From Candidatus Thorarchaeota archaeon (lineage in GTDB: Archaea > Asgardarchaeota > Thorarchaeia > Thorarchaeales > Thorarchaeaceae), in NCBI GenBank assembly GCA_046758445.1, contig JBHIAE010000010.1:1-64000 (forward strand): a DNA stretch of 64,000 bases, written 5' to 3'. Of the stretch, positions 47,831-56,194 are shown one piece after another. Position 1 is the first letter of the stretch; each line of letters begins with the position of its first letter. The position numbers and the translations under genes are program-made. The notes beneath the pieces are model-generated. The model did not search any database. It was not told the DNA's origin and saw only the letters and a program-made list of their open reading frames with translations.

Positions 47831-47936
47831 CTCTCTTGGGAGTCACTCGGCTAACTTGGGTCACAGGGATTTGACGTAATCTGTCGAATTCAACGCTCAT
47901 TTAAGCGTAATGTCGATTCGGCGCGAAGAGAAACAG

Positions 47937-48014
47937 TGGCGGGACCGCCCGGATTCGAACCGGGGATTTCCAACTCCGCAGGCTGGCGCCTTATCCATGC
48001 TAGACTACGGCCCC
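47937..48014 (-). tRNA. tRNA-Arg(GCG), CCA encoded
   Basis: GGGGCCG/CGGTCCC acceptor stem, CCAGC-CT-GCG-GA-GTTGG anticodon arm, GGTTCGAATCC T arm, TATAAG about 25 nt upstream. Confidence 0.97.
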
Positions 48015-48094
48015 ATCAAGGCGGGACCAATACGGCTTATAGACCCTTCGCTGGGTTGCTGTTAGAAGAAGGACTCTGGCTATTTCTACTTGCT

Positions 48095-48313
48095 TCAAGG
48101 ACTTGTCCTAGGCACCGGCACTTGGAGTATCTCAACGACTGCCCTGCCTTTGTGCTTTGTCACCCTGAATGTGTGCTCTGCGGTTTGCAGTATGAAACTC
48201 TCGCCCTCATCTAGGGCGTCCAGTACAGTACGTCCCATTGGACCATTCAGGTACCGGGTAAACCTCTCGATAATTCGATCCGTGGGGGAACTGAACCGAT
48301 TCAGCATACTCAT
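48095..48313 (-). CDS. Hypothetical 72-aa protein between two tRNA-Arg genes
   Basis: MSMLNRF...; TTTAAAA box about 40 nt upstream; the longer ORF-track version overlaps a tRNA. Confidence 0.6.
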   Translation of the reverse strand: MSMLNRFSSPTDRIIERFTRYLNGPMGRTVLDALDEGESFILQTAEHTFRVTKHKGRAVVEILQVPVPRTSP

Positions 48314-48402
48314 GGTTCTTCGCCTCACATCAGAAGCGTGTGTCCTCTTGACGCTTTTAAACTCAGATTGAAACAAGTAGCGGGTGTGAGAAGGTGAATT
48401 GA

Positions 48403-48480
48403 TGGCGGGACCGGCCGGATTCGAACCGGCGATACCCAACTCCGGAGGCTGGTGCCTTATCCATGCTAGACTACGGCCCC
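48403..48480 (-). tRNA. tRNA-Arg(CCG), CCA encoded
   Basis: Same cloverleaf with anticodon CCG; TTTAAA box about 25 nt upstream. Confidence 0.97.
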
Positions 48481-48557
48481 AAGCATCCACTTTGGGCGGT
48501 TCTTTAAAGATTTGCTCTAGATCATCTACATCCTAGCGTCCTAGGACTTCCACAATA

Positions 48558-49079
48558 TTAATCTGCAATCAAAGCTCCATCGGTCAGCCACCAAGCGCCG
48601 CGCTTGCCTCTCACCTCTCCCTTCTCAAACGAAAGTACTGACTTGCCAAGAGCCTCCTTTGCACGCTCGTTCAACTTGGTGATTCGCACGTGAATGGTCT
48701 TCCGCTTGCTTGAATCTTTGAGTAAGCGTTCTGCAAGCTCAGGGGTGGAGGCACCCTCATACTGGAGAAGATACGCCAGGATTCTCCTATCCAGATCATC
48801 TCGACATACCTGAGTCTTTGTTACTTCATTCAGCCCACCCAGGAACACACTTGTTGACTGCATTCCTTCAAGATGCTCTACTCGAGTCTTGAGCTGGTTG
48901 ACTTCTTCGGCAAGCTCATGAACCAGTGGAGGAATCTCCTTGTTAAGTCGCCATAGGACTGCTTCCTCAATGAACTTCTGCCTGCCCCTTTCTCCTGCCA
49001 TTCTGTCAAGCCGCTTCAGAGTATCCCTGCTCAGTCGAACACGAATACTCACAACTTGCTGTCGCCTTGATTTGCTCAT
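48558..49079 (-). CDS. Transcription regulator: ribbon-helix-helix, coiled coil and winged helix
   Basis: SIRVRLSRDTLKRLD...R.KFIEEAV (RHH); DLDRRILAYL...GASTPELAE (wHTH). Confidence 0.75.
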   Translation of the reverse strand: MSKSRRQQVVSIRVRLSRDTLKRLDRMAGERGRQKFIEEAVLWRLNKEIPPLVHELAEEVNQLKTRVEHLEGMQSTSVFLGGLNEVTKTQVCRDDLDRRILAYLLQYEGASTPELAERLLKDSSKRKTIHVRITKLNERAKEALGKSVLSFEKGEVRGKRGAWWLTDGALIAD

Positions 49080-49235
49080 CCTGACCTACACTCCATTCAG
49101 CAGGCTCCAAGTATCTCCGCGTCTGAGAACCATCTTGAAAGGAAAAGCCTTCCTCTTTCATTCGGCGTCGCTTCTCCGACACAGTTATAACAAGTACATC
49201 GGGGGGCTCGCTGAAGAAGGCGAAGGTGATGGTCC

Positions 49236-49670
49236 ATGGTTAACAAAGAGAAAGCTGTGAAACGTGAGATAACCAGACTTAGGAAGAGACAGAACCCACA
49301 GCAAGTGGACTTTAGGAGAATGCGAAAGCTTCGCAAGGCTCGGGCCGATCTTTGGTCATCAAGGAAGCCTGTCGTCGTTAGGCCAACGATTGTCAAAGAG
49401 GAGAAGAAAGAGAAGGCTAAGAAGCCAAGGAAGAAGAAAGAACCCGAGTTAGAGATCATCGAAGATGAACCAGAACTCGAAGTCATCGAGGATGTCGCTG
49501 AGCCTATAGTCGTTGAAGAGAAGAAGAAGGCCAAGAAACCAAAGAAGGAAGAGAAGCCAAAGAAGAAGGAACCCGAGTTAGAGGTCATCGAGGAGGATGT
49601 AGAAATCGAGGAAATTGACCCGGAACTTGCGGACCTCTACACCTACGATGAAGAGATTGAAGACGAGTAG
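49236..49670 (+). CDS. Highly charged low-complexity protein (basic N-terminus, K/E repeats, acidic tail)
   Basis: GGTGA SD upstream; repeated KKKEPELE(I/V)IE(D/E). Confidence 0.75.
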   Translation: MVNKEKAVKREITRLRKRQNPQQVDFRRMRKLRKARADLWSSRKPVVVRPTIVKEEKKEKAKKPRKKKEPELEIIEDEPELEVIEDVAEPIVVEEKKKAKKPKKEEKPKKKEPELEVIEEDVEIEEIDPELADLYTYDEEIEDE

Positions 49671-49820
49671 GAATATCGCATATCCCTCTACTACCAAGTC
49701 AATCTCATGACAAAGAATAAGACTTGGGTGGTCCAGTACGCCTTACAAAGCAAACAGCAAGTAGGACGCAGATCGCATTAGTGGCCCTGCTTGCCCAATT
49801 GTCGGCACAAGGTGATTCAG

Positions 49821-50648
49821 GTGACAACTCTCCTTGATATTGTGAAGTATTTCGACGCCATAGCGCCACTGCGTCTAGTCTTCAAAGGACTAGAGAACAG
49901 AGTGGAAATCGGCCCTCAGTCTGAGAGCGAACAGGAGAAGACGACCATAAACAGGATTGTCATTGCGACATATCCATCAGGCCGAGTTGTAACGAAAGCA
50001 TCACAGGACAAGGCTAACCTGTTGATCACACATAGACCTCTCTTTCCATTCGCCATTGACAGAATCTCAGGTCAAGACTTGATTAGGATAAGACTGCTCA
50101 CCAAGAACTACATCTCAAGCTACACACTAGGTGGTCCATGGATATGCGCAAGAGATGGGATTGGGGATGCACTGGTTGAAACTCTTGGTCTTGACAGAAC
50201 TGGTGACTTCGTAATCCTGGGCGATCTAGATGAGATGGTCCCTGCCGGCAGATTATGCATTCCTCCTAGCGTCATGAATCACTCGCGCTTTGCAAACTAC
50301 TTGGTTGAGAAGCTAGGAATCGACGCAGTTACTTTCTCGGGCGACCTAGATGACGAAGTAGGGCAGGTTCTAGTGTTCCCTGGCAGCCATGTTGACGTGC
50401 CTGAGATAATCCAGGCAAGGAAACTCAATGTCAAAACTCTAGTCACTGGAGAGGTTTCCCCGGATGTCAGACTCCTTGGAGTCGAAGAGGGTCTACACAT
50501 CTTTGAGGTGGGAGCGTTTGTGACTGAGGAGCCCGGCATGAGAAGACTGAGGCATCAGTTCAGCCTTGAGTTTCCTGACCTCAAGGTAGAGTTTGTCGAA
50601 TCGCCTCCACTGACCAAGTCGCTCTCACAGAAGAAGAACAAGTTGTGA
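49821..50648 (+). CDS. NIF3/YbgI-like protein with degenerate metal site
   Basis: FDAIAP, ANLLITHRPLF, VTGEV, G.FVTE; GTG start after GGTGA. Confidence 0.8.
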   Translation: MTTLLDIVKYFDAIAPLRLVFKGLENRVEIGPQSESEQEKTTINRIVIATYPSGRVVTKASQDKANLLITHRPLFPFAIDRISGQDLIRIRLLTKNYISSYTLGGPWICARDGIGDALVETLGLDRTGDFVILGDLDEMVPAGRLCIPPSVMNHSRFANYLVEKLGIDAVTFSGDLDDEVGQVLVFPGSHVDVPEIIQARKLNVKTLVTGEVSPDVRLLGVEEGLHIFEVGAFVTEEPGMRRLRHQFSLEFPDLKVEFVESPPLTKSLSQKKNKL

Positions 50649-50652
50649 GCCT

Positions 50653-51543
50653 CTAGTCTACGTCTGGATATCGAATCAGAATCACATTCTTGTTGCGCTC
50701 ACAATCGAGATGCTGTGCTACAGGTAGGCACTTAGTTCTGAGAATGTGAACAGTGGGGCAAAGCGCCGTGAATTCGGTCATAGACTCGTAGTTACCCATT
50801 CCTTTTGCTATAACCAGCTCGGCAGAGCGAAGGACTTCTTTGAATGCTTCAGAGTTTCTTTCAAGGTTCACTCCAATGGCTGCTGCTCCTGTATCCATCA
50901 CATCATCTGCACGTTCGGAGAGACCCACTTCCATGGCGTCTGTCATAGTGGCGTCGTTCAAAACGGGTCCACCCTTGACAACGGCGAGTACCTTTGGTCC
51001 TAATCGCTTGATCTCAGAGATCAAAATCATGTCAAGTACCACCTCACCAGCATTGTCTGTCAGATAGACAACTTCATTGGCATTCAAGCAGAGATCCATG
51101 AATTCGTCAATCTGATCTAGCGCAAGATCTGATTCGATTTTTCCGATGATGTGTCTTAGCTCCTCAAGGCTGAAATCGCGACCTGATACATCGAACTCTA
51201 TCGCATTTGATGCTGCGGCGATGAGCGTTGCCCTTCGAAATCGCATCTTTGAATCGGTTGCTTCCTCTACCAGTTTCTCTAGTTCGGGAAGGATACTCAG
51301 AGCCATATTATTCGACTGACGTTTGAGCTCTTCATAGGGGTCTCTTCCTGTCATCCTCTGAACCAATAGATCTCTGTCAGTGCCTATGTGACTCGGCACT
51401 GAATCAGCATCGAATCTCTTGCCCAAGAAATCGAGCATGGCTGAAACTACGTCCATCTGAAGTTCGAGATCGTCAGTCGCCAATCTTGCTTGATTGACAG
51501 CCCGCTCAAGTAGACAGTGGGCACAGTCGAGGGTGACCTTCAC
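50653..51543 (-). CDS. ARMT1-like/DUF89 damage-control phosphatase
   Basis: DC.HC, DPYEELK, DNAGE...D, NDAT, KGMGNYE, KC.PVA. Confidence 0.92.
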   Translation of the reverse strand: MKVTLDCAHCLLERAVNQARLATDDLELQMDVVSAMLDFLGKRFDADSVPSHIGTDRDLLVQRMTGRDPYEELKRQSNNMALSILPELEKLVEEATDSKMRFRRATLIAAASNAIEFDVSGRDFSLEELRHIIGKIESDLALDQIDEFMDLCLNANEVVYLTDNAGEVVLDMILISEIKRLGPKVLAVVKGGPVLNDATMTDAMEVGLSERADDVMDTGAAAIGVNLERNSEAFKEVLRSAELVIAKGMGNYESMTEFTALCPTVHILRTKCLPVAQHLDCERNKNVILIRYPDVD

Positions 51544-51605
51544 ATTGAATCGCCGAATCCCGGAGGCTTCTGAATCAGTGAAAAATGAACCGGAATAGGA
51601 ACCAG

Positions 51606-52289
51606 TCACTTCCTCAATGGTTCTATCAATCCCTTTAGCACCTGTTCTGGCTTGTCGGACTTGGCTACAGCAGAGGCAAGAAGCACGCCCTGCGATCCAA
51701 GTTTGATGGCGGCTTCAACATCTTGGCCAGTGCTGATACCAGCCCCGCAGAGTATGGTGACATCTCGATTTACTGCTCGAATGATGTCGACAGTGCCCGA
51801 TATGACCTCTGGCTGAGACTGAGATACGGATATGCCTGTGCCGATGAGTTCTGGTGGCTCCACTGCGATTGCGTCTGGTTTCAGAGAGGCCGCTGCTGCG
51901 CTCACTAGAGGATTGTTTGTGCATACTAAGCTGTACAGCTGCAGCTTCTCCGCTCTTCTTACTGAGGCTTCAATGTCAGCGAGCTGCATTCTGTGTTCTG
52001 AGTGGTTCAATAGAGTTCCAGAGCATCCTGCCTCAACTAATGTCTCTCCAATTGCGTGACCTGTGAAGCGACCGGGTTCGCCGGAATCCATGTGCTGTGA
52101 GAAGACAGGAATCTCCACGGCCTTGCTGACTCTGTACAGGTCGGGAACTTGGGGACAGACGACAACTGATACACTATGCTCATTCGAAACCTTCTCACAA
52201 GTCTGCGCGAGGAGTACAGCCTTTTCGCCTGTGGCTTGAGGATAGGTCTTGAAATTGACTGCAATGATTGGAAGTTCAACCTTTGCCAT
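51606..52289 (-). CDS. tpiA: Triosephosphate isomerase, archaeal type
   Basis: VNFKTY, LNHSE, AVEPPELIGTG, CGAGI, LLASA. Confidence 0.97.
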   Translation of the reverse strand: MAKVELPIIAVNFKTYPQATGEKAVLLAQTCEKVSNEHSVSVVVCPQVPDLYRVSKAVEIPVFSQHMDSGEPGRFTGHAIGETLVEAGCSGTLLNHSEHRMQLADIEASVRRAEKLQLYSLVCTNNPLVSAAAASLKPDAIAVEPPELIGTGISVSQSQPEVISGTVDIIRAVNRDVTILCGAGISTGQDVEAAIKLGSQGVLLASAVAKSDKPEQVLKGLIEPLRK

Positions 52290-52384
52290 TGTGCTCTTTC
52301 CTGCCTAGCCGCATCTTTCTCCGACTCAGGCAGAGGATTCCGTACTGCGCCTGCTAATAAGTTGCTACGTTGAGAACATCAAGT

Positions 52385-53005
52385 TCAGCGCATCTGACCA
52401 ACGAGGAGCTTCAATATAGGTATCCTGGCGTAGCCTCTTCGGTTCATACTACTGATGTCCTTACGAATCTCAATCTTGACAAACTTGCCGGCATCTGGTT
52501 TCCTGTAGTGATGTATGTATACCTTTGAGAAATCTGCAAAGGTGGGTGCACTAAGCAACTCAGCAACAGTGCTATTGGAGATTCTCACAAAGACATCTTC
52601 CTCTGGCACTGTGCCGGTCCCAAAACTCACCTCTCCATGGGCTTGCTTCTTCACATTGAATCTCTCGCCCATCGCCATGAACTCGAGGGCGAACTCGTCA
52701 GGACCCTCCATTCCAGCAGCGGCCGTTGGATCCGCAAACAGGTACTTCAGGCGCTCAGTGAACTCTGAATGGTAGGGGATGGTGTCTCCCGGTCTGGCGG
52801 GCGTAGGCATCTCAGCTCTAGCTTCTGGCTCGGCTTCTTCAACCTCCGGTTCTGGCTCAGGTTCCGGCTGGCGTTCAGGTGCCTTGACCTCGGGCTCTGC
52901 TATCACTTCTGCAGGAGGGGCTTCAGCAGAAGGCTCTTCTTCTACAGCAGCCTTCTCGTCTTCCTTCTCTTCTTCGCGTCCAAGGAATTTCCTTATCCTT
53001 TCCAT
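52385..53005 (-). CDS. Hypothetical protein with Glu/Pro/Ala-rich N-terminus and alpha/beta C-terminal domain (possibly SCP2-like)
   Basis: EPEPEPE low-complexity region followed by a globular ~130 aa domain. Confidence 0.7.
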   Translation of the reverse strand: MERIRKFLGREEEKEDEKAAVEEEPSAEAPPAEVIAEPEVKAPERQPEPEPEPEVEEAEPEARAEMPTPARPGDTIPYHSEFTERLKYLFADPTAAAGMEGPDEFALEFMAMGERFNVKKQAHGEVSFGTGTVPEEDVFVRISNSTVAELLSAPTFADFSKVYIHHYRKPDAGKFVKIEIRKDISSMNRRGYARIPILKLLVGQMR

Positions 53006-53135
53006 CTTTCACACAGTCTCCTAGGATGAGTTGAACAAACAGGTTATGAAGCCTGCTTCTTACGGTGTGTTATTGGTCGACCTTGACCGACCGATAATGG
53101 CTTCAGTCATAGAAAAAGGTAATCTGAATGTACAG

Positions 53136-53366
53136 CTACGGTGGGGTCTCCGCCGAGCTTGTCTTGAGAGCGGCAGCCAACTCCTGTAGCTGAGCAACAA
53201 GAGGGATTGACCTCGATTGGGTTCTGTCACCCCAGAGCTCCTCCACAAGTAAGTCACGAATTGCAATCCTAATGACCTCAGAGCGGTTGGGGTACTTGCT
53301 CTGCCCGATGAGGTTGTCTAGCCCTTCAACATAGGACTCGGGCAGACATATCGTTACGACCTTCAT
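53136..53366 (-). CDS. Ribbon-helix-helix regulator (CopG/CdrS-like)
   Basis: MKVVTICLP...LD.L.....YPNRSEVIR.AIRDLL. Confidence 0.88.
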   Translation of the reverse strand: MKVVTICLPESYVEGLDNLIGQSKYPNRSEVIRIAIRDLLVEELWGDRTQSRSIPLVAQLQELAAALKTSSAETPP

Positions 53367-53535
53367 TGTTCACCAACCAACTTGGAGCCAAACACGCTAA
53401 AGAAAGCGTGTCATTTCCAGATTGACATCTAGGTATTATTCACTCTCTATCCCACTTCATGCCTAGTTGCACCACTTCCTGGGGCAGGTTTAAGAACGCG
53501 CATGTTGTTTCGCTGATTCATCAGCTGTCACGGTC

Positions 53536-53838
53536 ATGGTGAACCTTATGGGAAGAGGTAAGTCAGGAAAGATACGAGCCAGCCACGTTCTGGTCGACAA
53601 ACATAGCAAAGCTCTTGAGATAATCAGCAGGATTCGCGAAGGAGAAGACTTTGGAGCCATTGCGAAGCAGTACAGCGACTGCTCATCAAGGAAGAAGAGC
53701 GGAGACTTGGGCTGGTTTGGAAGAGGCAAAATGGTCAAGGAGTTCGAGAGGGCTGCTTTTGCTCTCAGTGTTGGAGCGATGACCACAGATCCTGTGAAGA
53801 CAGAGTATGGATATCACATCATAAAGCGCACTGGCTAG
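53536..53838 (+). CDS. ppiC: Parvulin-type peptidyl-prolyl isomerase
   Basis: ASHVLV, YSDCSS...GDLGWF..G.MV.EFE.AAF, VKTEYGYHII. Confidence 0.95.
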   Translation: MVNLMGRGKSGKIRASHVLVDKHSKALEIISRIREGEDFGAIAKQYSDCSSRKKSGDLGWFGRGKMVKEFERAAFALSVGAMTTDPVKTEYGYHIIKRTG

Positions 53839-53870
53839 ATCAAGTAGAGTGCTTCCTCAGATAGAGTAAC

Positions 53871-53905
53871 AGCTGGACCTGAGAGCCGAGTTTCTCAGGT
53901 CAGCT
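53871..53905. terminator. Hairpin between the convergent parvulin and fbp genes
   Basis: GACCTGAGA-gccgagtt-TCTCAGGTC perfect 9-bp stem flanked by AGCT. Confidence 0.55.
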
Positions 53906-53913
53906 TTCATCAC

Positions 53914-55077
53914 TCACTCTGCTGAGTCGGATGTGTCCTTTTCTTTGCCCTTTGGAACTATCTCATAGTCCATGAAGCGATTCTCACACTTGCTGAGAAC
54001 CTTGGGCAGTGTGCTGTATTCCATCCGATCTGACGATAGCCTGTGAAACTCGAATGGACCATGTTGGCGCAGGTAGTCTGCAATCTCCATCCCACGCTGG
54101 CGTGATATATCAAAGGCGATATCATCGAAGAGATCAACTGGACCTACCAGCTCACCATTGGAAATTTGGAAGCCTAATCCGATGACCCGCGGAGGACCAT
54201 CAAATCTCGTGCATCTTGAGTCTTTCAATGCAACAGGCAGAAGGGGACCAGCATGAGACCCACGCATCCAACCAGCCACCAAGTGAGGAATGGTGAAAGC
54301 CTCAAGCACTTCTCCCATGGCTGGTAGGCCTGAGTGCGCTCTGATGATGGCAACGGGGTCATCCTTTCCTACATACTTGCCAGCTATTGCATGGAGTTTG
54401 TCCGTGCTGACAGAAGCACAGACCATTCCGTCTGCGCGATAGACTTTCTTTATTGTGAACGTTCCAGTGCTACCGAGAAGAGCAAGCACGTCGTACATCT
54501 CTTCTGGGCACTTCATGTCCACAAAGCATGGGACATCTTTCATGATGTCTTGAATCACGAAGGTGAATCCATCATGCAGGTTTGGATCAATGATAAGCCC
54601 TGCGGTGTTGAACGGGTCAGCAAATATCTTGAACATAGGCAGATTGAATGCGCCCGGCTCGGTCTTGTCTGCCATGAAGATGGCAAAGGGCTCTGACCTT
54701 CGCTCCTGGATTGTAATCTCTGCAGAACCGGGACCCATGCCCTTCACGTTTCCGCTGAATGTGTCAGCAAGCATATCTTGTCCGGCTGCGTAGATCTTCT
54801 TCTCCCGAGCCTTCTCGGTGCCTTTGATGAATGTGTCCCAGGCAAGTCGGTGAACCTCTTCATTGTTCTCTCCCTTGTCATGGGTCATAATCAGCTCCAG
54901 ATCATCACCCGCGTGGGTGACATAGAAATCTTTGATGATCTTCTTGTCAACTGCTGCCTTCATCTCTTTCCTGGCAAGCTCGAGAAGGAAATCAGGCACA
55001 ACTACATGACCGGCAAGTGAACCAATGTCGGCCTTGATCACGCTAATGGTCGTTTCAACCAATACATTCCGCTCCAT
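53914..55077 (-). CDS. fbp: Fructose-1,6-bisphosphate aldolase/phosphatase (class V FBPase)
   Basis: SVIKADIG, GQDML, DKTEPGAFN, YVGKDDPV, GWMRGSH, RFDGPPRV. Confidence 0.97.
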   Translation of the reverse strand: MERNVLVETTISVIKADIGSLAGHVVVPDFLLELARKEMKAAVDKKIIKDFYVTHAGDDLELIMTHDKGENNEEVHRLAWDTFIKGTEKAREKKIYAAGQDMLADTFSGNVKGMGPGSAEITIQERRSEPFAIFMADKTEPGAFNLPMFKIFADPFNTAGLIIDPNLHDGFTFVIQDIMKDVPCFVDMKCPEEMYDVLALLGSTGTFTIKKVYRADGMVCASVSTDKLHAIAGKYVGKDDPVAIIRAHSGLPAMGEVLEAFTIPHLVAGWMRGSHAGPLLPVALKDSRCTRFDGPPRVIGLGFQISNGELVGPVDLFDDIAFDISRQRGMEIADYLRQHGPFEFHRLSSDRMEYSTLPKVLSKCENRFMDYEIVPKGKEKDTSDSAE

Positions 55078-55278
55078 TTACTGAATGCTATGAGAGCAGC
55101 ATGACGCCCTCGTACGGGACAGCAGGCCTAAAAGTTTGGGTTTTAGGTGTTTCGGAGACCCTGTCCCGAGCAGACTGCGATTATTCTATGAATGTATAAT
55201 AGTCTGTTGGTCCTGGTGTCTTGGAAGCGGCCCGAAACTGAAATAGCCTAGTTATGATGAGAAGAGAGGGGGACAAAG

Positions 55279-56112
55279 ATGCCCAAAGACAAGGTTTTTG
55301 CAGAACGACCTGAAACTCCCGACCACAAGCAATACCACATTGAGGTAAAGACTGAAGACGTAGCCGAGTCGGTGCTTCTCCCGGGAGACCCTCAACGAGT
55401 AGCCAAAATCAGCGCTGGTTGGGACTCCTTCAAAGAGACCGCCTCACACAGGCAGTATGTTACGCACACCGGTCTGTACAAGGGAACTCCAATCTCTGCA
55501 TGTTCTACTGGGATTGGAGGGCCTGGTACTGCTATAGCTGTCGAAGAACTGGCGAGCGTAGGAGTGAGGAATTTCATCCGAGTGGGGTCCTGCGCAACTC
55601 TAAAGGAAGACATCGTGATTGGTGATCTGATTATTACTACAGGTGCAGTTAGACTTGAGGGAACCAGTAAGCAGTATGTGCGGCCTGAATACCCTGCAAG
55701 TGCGTCCTACGAGATTGTAATGGCCCTGGTTGAAGCTGCTGACTCATTGGGTTTGAAATATCACCTAGGAATATCCGCCTCTACAGACTCGTTCTATCTT
55801 GGCCAATCAAGGCCAGGCTTCAATGACTACACGCAGAGCTTTAGCGAAACTCTGATTGAAGATCTGCAGAAAGCTAACGTTGCGAACTTTGAGATGGAGG
55901 CAGCCACCATCTTCACCCTTGCAAACATCTATGGGTTCAGGGCAGGTGCTGTTTGTGCAGTCTATGCCAACAGAGTTCATGATGAGTTTGCTGTCAAGGG
56001 AGAAGATGACGTTATTGCCTGTGGGAACGAATCCGTAAAGATTCTGGCAGAGATGGATGAGGAGAAGGCAATCGCGGGCAAGGATTTCTGGACACGAGGC
56101 TTGAGGAAGTAG
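55279..56112 (+). CDS. udp: Uridine phosphorylase
   Basis: QYHI, PGDPQR, STGIGGP...AVEEL, RVGSC, DSFYLGQ.R, NFEME. Confidence 0.93.
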   Translation: MPKDKVFAERPETPDHKQYHIEVKTEDVAESVLLPGDPQRVAKISAGWDSFKETASHRQYVTHTGLYKGTPISACSTGIGGPGTAIAVEELASVGVRNFIRVGSCATLKEDIVIGDLIITTGAVRLEGTSKQYVRPEYPASASYEIVMALVEAADSLGLKYHLGISASTDSFYLGQSRPGFNDYTQSFSETLIEDLQKANVANFEMEAATIFTLANIYGFRAGAVCAVYANRVHDEFAVKGEDDVIACGNESVKILAEMDEEKAIAGKDFWTRGLRK

Positions 56113-56194
56113 AACTTTGCGTAGATGGCACTGGTTCCTGAGAAGCAATGTGTCTAACACGAAACGCAGAGATTCTCATCCCAGAATGACACGA

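Noticed and set aside
47937-48480. Integrated element with attL/attR in tRNA-Arg
   Set aside because: Both tRNAs are full-length with different anticodons and their own promoters; no integrase is present
49097-49588. Phe/Ser-rich minus-strand ORF resembling a membrane protein
   Set aside because: It is the antisense mirror of the K/E-rich gene, which has the SD sequence
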